The notes under the pieces were generated by a model. It searched no databases, had not been told where the DNA came from, and saw nothing but the letters and a program-made list of their open reading frames with translations. A program made the translations under genes and the position numbers. A stretch of 64,000 nt of DNA from Sulfolobaceae archaeon (GTDB lineage Archaea > Thermoproteota > Thermoprotei_A > Sulfolobales > Sulfolobaceae): NCBI GenBank assembly GCA_038893355.1, contig JAWARQ010000002.1, positions 96,001-160,000 on the forward strand, written 5' to 3'. Below, piece after piece: positions 12,227-23,407 of the stretch (its first letter is position 1; the number at the start of each line of letters is the position of its first letter).

Positions 12227-12859
12227 TTAAGTAGTACCTCCTAAACGTCTTATAGTACTAGAAGTAGCGATATAGAACAAAATCATTCCAATAAATGTCG
12301 CTAACCCTATGAATATCCCTATTATAAATAGAATTCCTGCAGCAAGATATAATCCTTCACCATACTTTGAATTTAACCTAAATGCACCAACTATTAATGC
12401 TAAAATCTCACCTATGAATAAAATTATGGCACCTAAAATGAATATTGGTATGCCTATTAATATTATTGTAAGCAAAGCACCAACTATTACTAAAATAAGA
12501 CCTATAAGGATTAAAGTTGTACCAGTATAGCATATTCCAAATTCGCTATGAATATTTTTAAGTTTAGAATAACCACTTCTTAGCCTAAATAATGCAATTA
12601 AATATATTATAGCACCTATAATTACTAGGATTATGAGTATACTAAGGGCGGCAAGACCAGTAGATAATCCTACTCTAGGTGCAGGGATAAAGAGAAAACC
12701 AAAAAATATTGAAATACTACCTATTCCTATTAATAAAGTGGCAATTATTGCTAATAGAGAAAAGCTTCTTATATCTCTTAAAGCCTCAATTTCCGCTTGA
12801 GGTGGTTGACTCGGAGGAGGCGGTGGAGTAGGTGGCGGAGGTATGGAATTAATCTTCAT
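12227..12859 (-). CDS. DUF973/DUF996-like membrane protein with N-terminal poly-Pro tract
   Basis: About 5 hydrophobic helices with Gly-rich G.IL..IG pattern; PPPPTPPPPPSQPP. Confidence 0.65.
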   Translation of the reverse strand: MKINSIPPPPTPPPPPSQPPQAEIEALRDIRSFSLLAIIATLLIGIGSISIFFGFLFIPAPRVGLSTGLAALSILIILVIIGAIIYLIALFRLRSGYSKLKNIHSEFGICYTGTTLILIGLILVIVGALLTIILIGIPIFILGAIILFIGEILALIVGAFRLNSKYGEGLYLAAGILFIIGIFIGLATFIGMILFYIATSSTIRRLGGTT

Positions 12860-13412
12860 AATGTAGAGTATGATAATCTAATATATAAATATTTCGTTCA
12901 TTACGTAATTCTTATATATAATATATATAAAATATAATTTATTAAATATTTTATATATAGTTTTTTATAAGGTTACAGTACCAGAAGGAAGGATAGAGTA
13001 TACAATACCACTAATAGGAGTGTTCTCAAAAAGTCATCAATTTTGAAAAGTATTTGTTAATAATATATCAAATTACTATATAATATGCTTAACAATCTTC
13101 AAATAAACATCATTTAAAGGTGTTGCCTAGCTAGAGAAGATAAGAGGATAAATAACCTTTAGTTTTTCATTTAGTCGTACAAGGACATCACATAGCATTT
13201 ACACAAATGAAAAAATAATACTTACTTCACATTTCTAAATCATTTCAGCGACTCAAGACATCAAAAACGTCTTTATGGCTACTGTAATATTTTTACAAGA
13301 AATTATCGAATTTCATGACTGTTTGAGAACAGTCCCCCCACTAATAAAAACCTAACTATTAAATAGTAAAACTTAAAAGTAACTTTTTACAATTACGACA
13401 AGGCGAAAAGAA

Positions 13413-14189
13413 ATGGATCCCTATCCTCTAATCTTAGGTCTAATAGCAGGGGGCACAGTAATTATTGGTGCATTACCTATAGTGAAAAGTAAGGCTAGCA
13501 AAACCACTTTGGGTTACTTAGGTGCATTGGCAGGAGGAATTTTGTCATATTTAGCACTAGATACTGGAAGTTCTGCAGAAGAGATAGTAGAAGGATTTTT
13601 AGAACATAGAGAATGGTTAAACTTCGGTATAGCATTAATAGTTACTTCAGTAGCCTTAATTGGTACTTGGTTAATATTGAGCTCTTTTGAGAAAAAAGAG
13701 AACTCAACTACTTCTACGACCTCTTCATCCTTACCATTAATATTAGCGTTAGGCTTAGGTGTGCATAATATTGGTGAAGGTTTCGCAATAGCATCAGCAT
13801 TACTTACTGGTGCAATAGCATCAGCATGGACTTTTACAATAGGCTTTGCAATTCATAACGCAACAGAGGGTATAGCTATTGCCTCACCTAGTACAATTAT
13901 TAAAACTAAGTGGGGTAGTTTAAGAAATATTATCCTCCTCTCATTAATAGCTGGATTGCCAACTACCTTAGGAGCTTCAATATATTATTTAGGAATTAAC
14001 AATCCCCACCTACTAGCAGTGCTAGATACAATAGCTACTGCATCGTTGGTATTCGTAATGATTCGAATTAATATAATTTCAGCAGGTTTATTAGGAGGAT
14101 TTAGGGCAAAGTTTTGGACATGGTTATTCTTAGGAATTGCGTTAACTTTTGGGCTAGAAAGTTTAATGAGCATTTTGAGTATGATGTAA
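13413..14189 (+). CDS. ZIP-family (ZupT/GufA) divalent-metal transporter
   Basis: Paired HNIGEG and HNATEG metal-binding motifs in a multi-TM protein. Confidence 0.92.
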   Translation: MDPYPLILGLIAGGTVIIGALPIVKSKASKTTLGYLGALAGGILSYLALDTGSSAEEIVEGFLEHREWLNFGIALIVTSVALIGTWLILSSFEKKENSTTSTTSSSLPLILALGLGVHNIGEGFAIASALLTGAIASAWTFTIGFAIHNATEGIAIASPSTIIKTKWGSLRNIILLSLIAGLPTTLGASIYYLGINNPHLLAVLDTIATASLVFVMIRINIISAGLLGGFRAKFWTWLFLGIALTFGLESLMSILSMM

Positions 14190-14414
14190 AGGGAAAATGA
14201 GGAAGAGCCTATTATTTTTTACTTTTCAAATTCATCAATCTAAACTTTTCATATTGTTTCTTATTATTTATGGAGTAATATAGATTTTAATAGTATAAGA
14301 GATTAATGATGATAAAGCTATAGTCGTATTAATTTATTTTAACTTGAATGTAATATCTTGAGAGTTTTGAGATAATTTTATAAAAGTTAAAACTGAATAT
14401 TAGTATAGATAAAT

Positions 14415-14765
14415 ATGAGTGTGGAATTAGTAGAACAACAAAAGTTAATTTTAAAAAGATTTCTGGAGGTAGCATATGGTCTTTCTGATGCAGATGTAGA
14501 AATGTTCTTAAGGATATTGAAGACTCAAGAAGGAAAAGATGTAGACACAATTTCCAAAGAACTTAATATAAGCAAGAGTAGAGCTAGTCTAATACTTAAG
14601 AAACTAAATGATGCGGGCTTAATAGAAAAACAGAAAATGAGCCAAAGTAAAGGTGGAAGACCTAAGTACGTTTATTATGTTAATAAGTCAGAATTGAAGG
14701 ATAAGTTATCTAGAAGAGCAGACGAGCTTTGTAAAAGTCTTGCTGATATGTTAAAGTCATTGTAA
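14415..14765 (+). CDS. Lrs14-family winged-helix DNA-binding protein
   Basis: YGLS..DV, ISKSRAS..LKKL..AGL, GGRPKYVY wing, C-terminal Cys; typical of Sulfolobales Lrs14/AbfR1-like proteins. Confidence 0.8.
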   Translation: MSVELVEQQKLILKRFLEVAYGLSDADVEMFLRILKTQEGKDVDTISKELNISKSRASLILKKLNDAGLIEKQKMSQSKGGRPKYVYYVNKSELKDKLSRRADELCKSLADMLKSL

Positions 14766-14824
14766 TTTTTTATAAAGCTAAATTTCTTTTTATCTTTTTT
14801 TAATACTGAAAATTAAGAGTAAGC

Positions 14825-14830
14825 TTTTAA
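14825..14830 (+). promoter_or_regulatory. Probable TATA box of tRNA-Ile
   Basis: TTTTAA about 27-32 nt upstream of the tRNA 5' end. Confidence 0.55.
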
Positions 14831-14856
14831 GTGTACTATTACTACCTTATTATTGA

Positions 14857-14930
14857 GGGCCCGTAGCTTAGCCTGGTTGAGCGCCCGGCTGATAACCGGG
14901 AGGTCCAGGGTTCAAATCCCTGCGGGCCCA
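14857..14930 (+). tRNA. tRNA-Ile (GAT), intronless, CCA not encoded
   Basis: Acceptor GGGCCCG/CGGGCCC; anticodon arm CCCGG-CT GAT AA-CCGGG (GAT at 14891-14893); T-loop TTCAAAT. Confidence 0.97.
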
Positions 14931-14950
14931 TTTTAGAGCTGAATTTTTTT
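14931..14950 (+). terminator. T-rich archaeal terminator after tRNA-Ile
   Basis: TTTT immediately after the tRNA and T7 at 14944-14950. Confidence 0.5.
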
Positions 14951-15019
14951 ACACTAACAGAAATTTTTAATATTTGTTTATGTTAAAATAGTGACTTGGG
15001 GATATGTAGTTCAGTGCGA

Positions 15020-15151
15020 GGACGCTTATTTTCACTATGACCATGAAAGTAAGCTTCTCCGCACTTTATTAGTAGCATAACCTCAAACTATTAAAATTGA
15101 TTAAAAATCTTTACCCGCCCTATAGGGCGAGGCTTGTCGTTCGTTTTGTCA
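15020..15151 (-). mobile_element. Probable IS200/IS605-family (tnpB-type) end remnant
   Basis: GC-rich perfect palindrome CGCCCTATAGGGCG (15116-15129) within TGACAAAACG...GCCTCGCCCT..AGGGCGGGTAAAG (minus strand), resembling Sulfolobales IS605-type ends as recalled; no transposase; inner boundary uncertain. Confidence 0.5.
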
Positions 15152-15366
15152 TTTAGCTAAAGACATCCTATATAGGAGTTCCATGAGCCATAGTGAGTGA
15201 TTACTAAGTCCATAACTTCAGTCATGAAATATCGAAATGAAACTGCAGGGACAAACGGATACTCTTGATACTAGATATCATAGAGTTAATTAATTTGGAA
15301 ATAACTATAAGATATAATTATATATAGATAGAGATTTCTATTTAATATTAGTTGATAATTAATATT

Positions 15367-16005
15367 TTATCTAAGAAATGTTTTAGCTTTTTCTATAATA
15401 TTTATAAAAAGATTAAAATTCTTTCTACTGATTGGTATTAAAAGTAGTTGATAATTTTTCATGAATACATCATAGAGAAGTAAATATGAATTTACATTAT
15501 ATAAATAGGCATAGACTAAGGATTGAATTATATCAGATTTTTTAAAATCGAACCTAGTTTTAATCTCAAATACAGCGTCATTCACACAAAGATCTGGTTC
15601 GCCAACAATTTTAAGATCGAAAATAAAAGCCTGAGTCTTCTTACACTTAGTAAAATTATTTCCGAATTTTTTTAATACATATTCAGCATGTTTAATATTT
15701 TCAATAACTTTTAGATATATTTTATTTTTTTCTTTTATAATTTTAAAAAATTTATCAAAAGAATCTATTTCTTCATCCAAATCCTTCAAGAAGTCAAAAT
15801 TAAGTTCTTTCATTATCTTTATTAAGGAATTTAGTTTTAACCCTTCAGTAATGTCTTCTATAAGTAGTTTATGAAAGAGAAGTCCTATCTTCTCAGAACT
15901 CCTACTCATGAATGGTGAGTAAACTTGTGATTCTATAACGTAATACTCTACATCATCATATCTTACCAAGACACTTAATGCCCTCTTTGGTAAAACTCTT
16001 ATCAT
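15367..16005 (-). CDS. PD-(D/E)xK nuclease, Cas4/RecB-like, stand-alone
   Basis: G..FH motif I, G.PD...FEIKT catalytic motif, Q...YAY motif; lacks the C-terminal three-Cys Fe-S motif of Cas4. Confidence 0.65.
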   Translation of the reverse strand: MIRVLPKRALSVLVRYDDVEYYVIESQVYSPFMSRSSEKIGLLFHKLLIEDITEGLKLNSLIKIMKELNFDFLKDLDEEIDSFDKFFKIIKEKNKIYLKVIENIKHAEYVLKKFGNNFTKCKKTQAFIFDLKIVGEPDLCVNDAVFEIKTRFDFKKSDIIQSLVYAYLYNVNSYLLLYDVFMKNYQLLLIPISRKNFNLFINIIEKAKTFLR

Positions 16006-16088
16006 TCAACTTCAATTCAAATTCTTCATATTTATTTATTTCGTATTATTAATATAAGTACTACACTCTTAAAAAGTATAATAATACT

Positions 16089-17069
16089 TTACTTCCGATT
16101 ATTTAATTTTATCAAAACTTCTTCTAAAATTCCAAATAATTCTTTAGTCCCATAGTTTAGAGAAACTCTTGCATGAGTTTTTCTAAGTCCGATAAAACCA
16201 TTTGGTTCTCTTATTTTGTAATTATATCTTTTTAATTCATTATTAACTAAACTAGCCTCAACTGGGAACTCTAAGAGAATGAATGGTGCAGTTGTTCTAT
16301 ATATTTTGAAAAAATTATACTTTATAGATTCTATATCATTTATTAGTCTGCTTACCTCACTTTTACTTATCGTTAAAAATCTTCTAACCTCTTTAGCATC
16401 AATATGTGAAAAGACGTAGTAAGAGATAGAATTTATTCGCCATGGTATTGTTTTTGATTCTATTTCTCTCGAAGATTTACCTATACTAAATCCAATTCTT
16501 AACCCTGGTATTGCTAAACTTTTAGTAAATGTTGAAATTATGAGTAAATTATCATAATCCTCAATTAATTTTATTGCTGATTCACATTTGCTAATATCGA
16601 CGAATGCTTCGTCAAGTACCAAAAATTTATTGTTCTGAAGAAAGTTCTCTATTTCCTCTAATGGGAAACAGAATCCCGTAGGATTTATGGGATTTCCTGT
16701 TATTACATTTTCACCCTTTAATTTACAATGAAAGCTATTTTCAAACTCTTCGCATAAATAGCTTGATTTCCTTGGATATTCTGAAAAATTTGGCTCTGGT
16801 ACGTTAAATATCTTAGGCAAGAGTTTCAATGCCTCTATTGAACCATTGTATACACCTATGTATTCAGGATTTGTATTATAAATTTCTGCTATTTTTTCTT
16901 TTAAGTACTTATAATCATCTGGATAATATCTGTATACTTTCTTTTTTATTGCATCAAATAACAAATCTTCAATAAAGCTAGGAGTTCCGAGAGGATTTAA
17001 GTTAACACTAAAGTCTTTTATAGTCTCTGGTGGTTCACCATTTAGCCACTCTGAACCCCCGTGAAACAT
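16089..17069 (-). CDS. cobD: Threonine-phosphate decarboxylase-like PLP enzyme (CobD/HisC family)
   Basis: N-terminal HGG, DFSVNLNPLG, NP.NPTG, DEAF, STFTK..AIPGLRIG. Confidence 0.75.
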   Translation of the reverse strand: MFHGGSEWLNGEPPETIKDFSVNLNPLGTPSFIEDLLFDAIKKKVYRYYPDDYKYLKEKIAEIYNTNPEYIGVYNGSIEALKLLPKIFNVPEPNFSEYPRKSSYLCEEFENSFHCKLKGENVITGNPINPTGFCFPLEEIENFLQNNKFLVLDEAFVDISKCESAIKLIEDYDNLLIISTFTKSLAIPGLRIGFSIGKSSREIESKTIPWRINSISYYVFSHIDAKEVRRFLTISKSEVSRLINDIESIKYNFFKIYRTTAPFILLEFPVEASLVNNELKRYNYKIREPNGFIGLRKTHARVSLNYGTKELFGILEEVLIKLNNRK

Positions 17070-17654
17070 CTATTCTTTTAACCTAAAGTAGTTTAAAATA
17101 ACTTTCTTTTCAGCCCTTCTTATAATTTCTAAAAGATTTGAAGGAGACATATTTAGTTCCCTAGCTAATTCTCTCAATCCAACTTTTCTAGGATAATCAA
17201 AATATCCTGCTTCGAGTGCTACTAAGAGAATTCTTTCTTGCTTCGGCGTTAATAATTCCTTTTTAGATAGCTTTACGACCTTTAATACTTTTACATTATA
17301 TCCACCTTCCGATAGTTCTCTTAACAATCTCCTTAACTCTTCGTAACCATTAAGTATAATTGACCATCTTATTACACCTTGAATAAGGTCACCTCTTATT
17401 ATCATATATTTACTCATAATCTCCATAAGTTTAGAAGTTATATTAATAGTACCCATAAATTTATTTTTAGAAACTCTGGTAAATTTTCCTTTTAAATCCT
17501 CTTCACTTCGATCTACATTTGTTACTTCTATTAATACCCTACAGTTTGAATTATCTATCTTTTTAATATCTAATATAGTAATTGAATTTTTTGAGTCTGA
17601 AAATCTTAATATCCATTCCTCTGCGAGAGTATTAATGATTACGTGTAATATCAT
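17070..17654 (-). CDS. Bacterio-opsin-activator-type (HTH_10) transcriptional regulator
   Basis: C-terminal LTPKQERIL..A...GYFDYPR...LRELA..L. Confidence 0.88.
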   Translation of the reverse strand: MILHVIINTLAEEWILRFSDSKNSITILDIKKIDNSNCRVLIEVTNVDRSEEDLKGKFTRVSKNKFMGTINITSKLMEIMSKYMIIRGDLIQGVIRWSIILNGYEELRRLLRELSEGGYNVKVLKVVKLSKKELLTPKQERILLVALEAGYFDYPRKVGLRELARELNMSPSNLLEIIRRAEKKVILNYFRLKE

Positions 17655-17717
17655 CCCGAATATGTTAGGGGTTTAATTATTTAATGATTTCTTTCTTTAC
17701 ATTTAAACTGGGACTAA

Positions 17718-18035
<318 letters not shown>

Positions 18036-18087
18036 GTTCTTTTTTAATAATATTTTTAACCTAGATTTAAAATTATTAACTGGGAAA

Positions 18088-19332
18088 ATGAAATTTGAAG
18101 ACCTATGGATATGGAAATACTTGAAGGAAGACCTTGAGTGGTATTATGAAGTAGCAACAAATAGAAAACCTGCCAAGTACTTAATAGCTAAAAGGGTAGA
18201 AGCGGATTTTGATGAGACAGAGAAGATAGATAAGTTATGGATGGAATTTGATAAGAGATTATCAGAGTTCTTAAGATTATGGGAGGATATTAAGAATGGA
18301 GAAAAACTTCATAAAATTGAAGTGCCAAAGAAGACATTATTAGATTTAATGGAATTAATTACTACTAAGTGGCTTGAATCTTGTTCCTTCTGCAGATGGA
18401 GATGTAGGGTAAACAGAATTGAGGCTAAAAAGTTAGGAGCTTGTATGTTAGATACAACTTCAAGAGTTGGAGCATATTTCCATCATAGAGGAGAAGAGTT
18501 AGTATTTCGAGGCACAAAAGGTTCTGGAACAATTTTCTTTACATCATGCAATATGAGATGTGCATTTTGCCAGAATAGTGACATCTCAACAGATAGATTT
18601 AATGGCGTAATAGTGACCCCTAGAGATTTAGCTTACATAATGCTTCAGTTAAGGTTAGAAGGTGTCCATAATATTAATTTAGTTGGAGGCGAACCGACCG
18701 TTCACCTCCATACTATAATCAACGCTATAAATTTACTTAGTAAATACGGTATCAATATTATCCCAGACAATCCTTTATCTATACAAGAAGTTAAGTCTGA
18801 TATATTTATACATTATCCTATCAAAATAGAAAATGCAATTTATCAAGGAGAAGTTAATGTTCCAATTCTTTGGAATAGTAATTTCTATATGAGCGAGGAA
18901 GCTACTAGATTATTAAGAGTAGTAGTTGACATTTGGTTACCCGACTTTAAGTTTGGTAATAACAAGTGTGCACTTAGGATATCAAGAACACCTTGGTATG
19001 TTGAAACTGTTACTAAGAATTTGTTAATGGTGAGGAACTGGGGAGAGAATATGATAATAAGGCATTTAATAATGCCAAACCATGTTCAAGACGATACAAT
19101 TCCAGTATTGGAGTGGATTGCTAAGAATATGCCAGAAGTCTGGGTTAATATAATGGATCAGTACCATCCTGATAATTATACTGACCCAAGTTCTGAAAGG
19201 TTTAAAGTAGAATATGAAGATCTTGCCAGATATCCATATCCATCTGAAATAGAAGAAGCATGGAATTATGCTAGAAAGCTTGGAATAAAATTTGATATTA
19301 TAACTCTAGAGAAAAAATTAAATTATCTCTAA
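18088..19332 (+). CDS. Radical SAM protein, PflX-like
   Basis: CNMRCAFCQN cluster motif, SGTIFF, extra C-x2-C-x3-C, GGEPT, RHLIMP. Confidence 0.85.
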   Translation: MKFEDLWIWKYLKEDLEWYYEVATNRKPAKYLIAKRVEADFDETEKIDKLWMEFDKRLSEFLRLWEDIKNGEKLHKIEVPKKTLLDLMELITTKWLESCSFCRWRCRVNRIEAKKLGACMLDTTSRVGAYFHHRGEELVFRGTKGSGTIFFTSCNMRCAFCQNSDISTDRFNGVIVTPRDLAYIMLQLRLEGVHNINLVGGEPTVHLHTIINAINLLSKYGINIIPDNPLSIQEVKSDIFIHYPIKIENAIYQGEVNVPILWNSNFYMSEEATRLLRVVVDIWLPDFKFGNNKCALRISRTPWYVETVTKNLLMVRNWGENMIIRHLIMPNHVQDDTIPVLEWIAKNMPEVWVNIMDQYHPDNYTDPSSERFKVEYEDLARYPYPSEIEEAWNYARKLGIKFDIITLEKKLNYL

Positions 19333-19389
19333 AACTTTTCATATATATTAAGAGAAAAAATTATTAGGGATAAAATTAACTATCCAGTT

Positions 19390-20289
19390 ATGGAGGAAGT
19401 ATCTGAGATAGTCGAGAAAGCCGGAAAATCAGTTGTTGCAATTACTACTAGAGGTATTACTTTTGATGACATCTTTAACATTCATGTAACGAGGGGTATA
19501 GGATCTGGATTTATAGTAGAAAAAGGTCTTGTTATAACTTCATTTCATGTTATAGAAAATGCACAAGAAATAAGGGTAATTAGCAGAGAAGGTATCTCAA
19601 AAAGAGGATACTTGTTAGCAGTAAACCCATATAACGATTTAGCATTAATAGGTACTGATTTAGATCTACCGCCCTTAAAACTCTCTAGAGAATATAAAAT
19701 AGGAGAATTTGTTATTGCAATAGGGAATCCTTTAGGGATGGAGAGTGTTACTTTTGGAATAATAAGTGGTTCTAGTAGGCTAATTAGATCACCTGCTGGA
19801 AATCCATTATATGTATTACAAACAGATGCTGCAGTAAACCCAGGGAATAGCGGTGGTCCGTTAGTTAACATGAAAGGACAAGTAGTTGGCGTAGTTACTG
19901 CAATGATACCTTATGCTCAAGGTATAGGATTTGCAATACCAGCAAGACTCGTTGAAAGCTTCATAAATAACTATAAAAAGTTTGGAAGGTATGTTAGACC
20001 GTACGTTGGAATAAGTATAGTAAATCTCACCTCGGCGATAGCTAGATATTTTGAGTTGCCAGTAGAAGAAGGTATATTAATCATAGATGTATCACCTAAT
20101 AGTCCCGCCTATTTTGCAGGAATTAGAAGAGGTGATATAATTATTGAGGTAGATGGTAAGAAAGTTAAAGAAGTATTGGACTTCCTAGCATTAATAGACG
20201 AAAAGGGGGCTCCAGCAGTATTAAATTTACAAATAGTTAGGGGCAATAAAAAAATAGGGATTGAATTAGAAACAGTACCTATAGACTAA
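19390..20289 (+). CDS. htrA: HtrA/DegP-family serine protease with one PDZ domain, no signal peptide
   Basis: GSGF, TSFHV, DLAL, QTDAAVNPGNSGGPL; C-terminal SPA..AGI..GD.I. Confidence 0.92.
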   Translation: MEEVSEIVEKAGKSVVAITTRGITFDDIFNIHVTRGIGSGFIVEKGLVITSFHVIENAQEIRVISREGISKRGYLLAVNPYNDLALIGTDLDLPPLKLSREYKIGEFVIAIGNPLGMESVTFGIISGSSRLIRSPAGNPLYVLQTDAAVNPGNSGGPLVNMKGQVVGVVTAMIPYAQGIGFAIPARLVESFINNYKKFGRYVRPYVGISIVNLTSAIARYFELPVEEGILIIDVSPNSPAYFAGIRRGDIIIEVDGKKVKEVLDFLALIDEKGAPAVLNLQIVRGNKKIGIELETVPID

Positions 20290-20795
20290 TCTTCTGTTTC
20301 GTTCTCTTCATCATTATTATTTATAGGATGTATAACCAATATAGGTTCTTTTTTAACATGAAGATCTCCTTTTGGATGCTGACTTACTTTATAGTATATA
20401 GTTATTTTTACGTTATAAGTTCCTGAAGTTAAATTTACTTTTGCTATTGGCGATTCTAAGGTCAATAGTAAATTATGATTATCTATATTTATAGATACAT
20501 TAAAATAACTAAATACTTTCTCTAATTTTTCCTTATGAAGTAACATGATTACATATGTTCCATTCTCTTTTACAGTTATAGATGCAGTTACAGTTACATT
20601 GCCAGACTTCCCTGGCGTTAAATTCCCTAAGTCAATATACGCCGGACTTATCGTAAATGTCTGATTCTGTTTAGGTACAATTATATTATATGATAGGTAT
20701 GCTAATGGCCCATATCCATAAGTTCCTGCTATCACTACGCCTGCAACTCCAGAAGATGCTATTATTGTCGCTATTAAGAGTGGTAGATATTTCAT
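20286..20795 (-). CDS. Hypothetical secreted or membrane-anchored protein
   Basis: N-terminal hydrophobic segment, beta-rich body with several N-x-S/T sequons. Confidence 0.7.
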   Translation of the reverse strand: MKYLPLLIATIIASSGVAGVVIAGTYGYGPLAYLSYNIIVPKQNQTFTISPAYIDLGNLTPGKSGNVTVTASITVKENGTYVIMLLHKEKLEKVFSYFNVSINIDNHNLLLTLESPIAKVNLTSGTYNVKITIYYKVSQHPKGDLHVKKEPILVIHPINNNDEENETED

Positions 20796-20883
20796 AGGTT
20801 AACGTTTTATATTCAACTATTTAAGAATATAATGAAACTCTTGAATTTTCATTATTCAAAGTAGTGATAACTGAATTTTTAAA

Positions 20884-21921
<1,038 letters not shown>

Positions 21922-21931
21922 ATTTAGTTTA

Positions 21932-22372
21932 ATGAGAGTTAAAATAAAGCCGATTGTTAATGTCGTAGGTGAAGAAGAGCTAATAATAATACCTATTACA
22001 AAGTCTAGAGATTACTATCTATGCCTTAATTTTTTTGAAGATATTCCAGAAGGCAGACTAGCAAGATTAGTAGTAGTTTTAGATAAGTATGATGAAATTA
22101 ATAATAATATAGTAAAAATTGCTGGAAAAAAGACATTTGTTGAGGCAGAAGAAGTAGAAGAGGCTTATACGGAGTTAAGTAAAGTTATAGTAATAGAGAG
22201 AAAAGCACCATCATATGTTATTCCATTATATTTTAATATTGAGGTAACTGAAGTTTCGTTAACGGAAAGTGAAGGCGTAAAGGGTTATTTTAATTATATT
22301 AAAAAATACGGTGAGATAAAGATTGAAAGACTAAGAAATATCATTCCTTTCTCCGTTAATGAATTGGTTTAA
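21932..22372 (+). CDS. Hypothetical protein
   Basis: 146-aa ORF with normal codon usage, divergent from rtcA. Confidence 0.7.
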   Translation: MRVKIKPIVNVVGEEELIIIPITKSRDYYLCLNFFEDIPEGRLARLVVVLDKYDEINNNIVKIAGKKTFVEAEEVEEAYTELSKVIVIERKAPSYVIPLYFNIEVTEVSLTESEGVKGYFNYIKKYGEIKIERLRNIIPFSVNELV

Positions 22373-23407
22373 ATTATAATATTTTTGTAATTTACTAACT
22401 CTAACTCCGACTCTTCTAACATTTCTTTTATCAATTTCTAAAATCTCTCGTAATAATTCTATTGCTTTAAATACTGCCGAATCTTTATTAATGCCATACT
22501 TATATGTTCTACTTCTACTTACTATATCAAGATCTTCCATAATAGTAAATACGGAAATTGTCCTAGGAATTCCATCTATTTTAGAGTAAACCTCTTCTAT
22601 TGCCTTAATTAAATAAAGTTTGATCTCATCCAAATTTCTAGTATTTTTAGGCAATGTAAGCGTTCTTGCAATACTCTTCTTATTTTTAGGAGTTATTGGT
22701 TCAAAAATTTTAAGTTCTAATAATTTAATTAGATACTTTGCTTTACTTTCTCCAATTAATTTTTTTAGTTCATTATATTTTATATTTCTCACATCTGAAA
22801 GCTTATTAACACCTATCTCCTTTAGTTTTTTACTTAAAACATCACCTAGGCCAGGTATTTCATCTATACTCAAACTCTCTACAAGACTCTTCGCCTCATC
22901 ATAATCTATTACTTTTAAACCATTAGGCTTTACTAACTCTGCAGCAATTTTCGCCAAAACTTTATTAAAACTTATTCCTACAGTTACTTTTAAACCAAGT
23001 TCATTTAATATACTTTCTTTAATTTTCCTACCTATTAATTCTGCCTCTTTAAAATCTTTCACGACCTCAGTTATATCTAAATAAGCTTCATCAATGCTAG
23101 CTACTTCTATTTTATTCGTAAATCTCGAAAGAACTTTAATAACATTTTCAGAAAATTGCTTATAAAGTTCCTTACGCATAGGCAAAAATATTGCAAAAGG
23201 TGCTATCTTTTTGGCTTGCGAGATTGGCATTCCAGCCTTTATCCCTAATTTTCTTGCTTCATAATTAGCAGTAGCCACTGCACCACTATCTTTTGATCTC
23301 CCAGAATAAACACAAACTACGATCGGCTTACCCTTTAAGGAAGGATCTAAAATTTCCTCTACTTGTGCAAAAAAATAATCAATATCAATAAAAGCTATTA
23401 TATTCAT
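22331..23407 (-). CDS. dbh: Y-family DNA polymerase IV (Dbh/Dpo4)
   Basis: FIDIDYFFAQVE, VCVYSGR..SGAVATANYEARK, SIDEAYLD, little-finger RRVGVR. Confidence 0.97.
   Translation of the reverse strand: MNIIAFIDIDYFFAQVEEILDPSLKGKPIVVCVYSGRSKDSGAVATANYEARKLGIKAGMPISQAKKIAPFAIFLPMRKELYKQFSENVIKVLSRFTNKIEVASIDEAYLDITEVVKDFKEAELIGRKIKESILNELGLKVTVGISFNKVLAKIAAELVKPNGLKVIDYDEAKSLVESLSIDEIPGLGDVLSKKLKEIGVNKLSDVRNIKYNELKKLIGESKAKYLIKLLELKIFEPITPKNKKSIARTLTLPKNTRNLDEIKLYLIKAIEEVYSKIDGIPRTISVFTIMEDLDIVSRSRTYKYGINKDSAVFKAIELLREILEIDKRNVRRVGVRVSKLQKYYNLNQFINGERNDIS

Noticed and set aside
14305-14345. ATGATGA box-C-like motif upstream of the Lrs14 gene
   Set aside because: No downstream D'/C'/D boxes
14900-16090. 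Intact integrated element with an att duplication of the tRNA-Ile 3' end
   Set aside because: No second copy of the tRNA 3' sequence and no integrase found by eye
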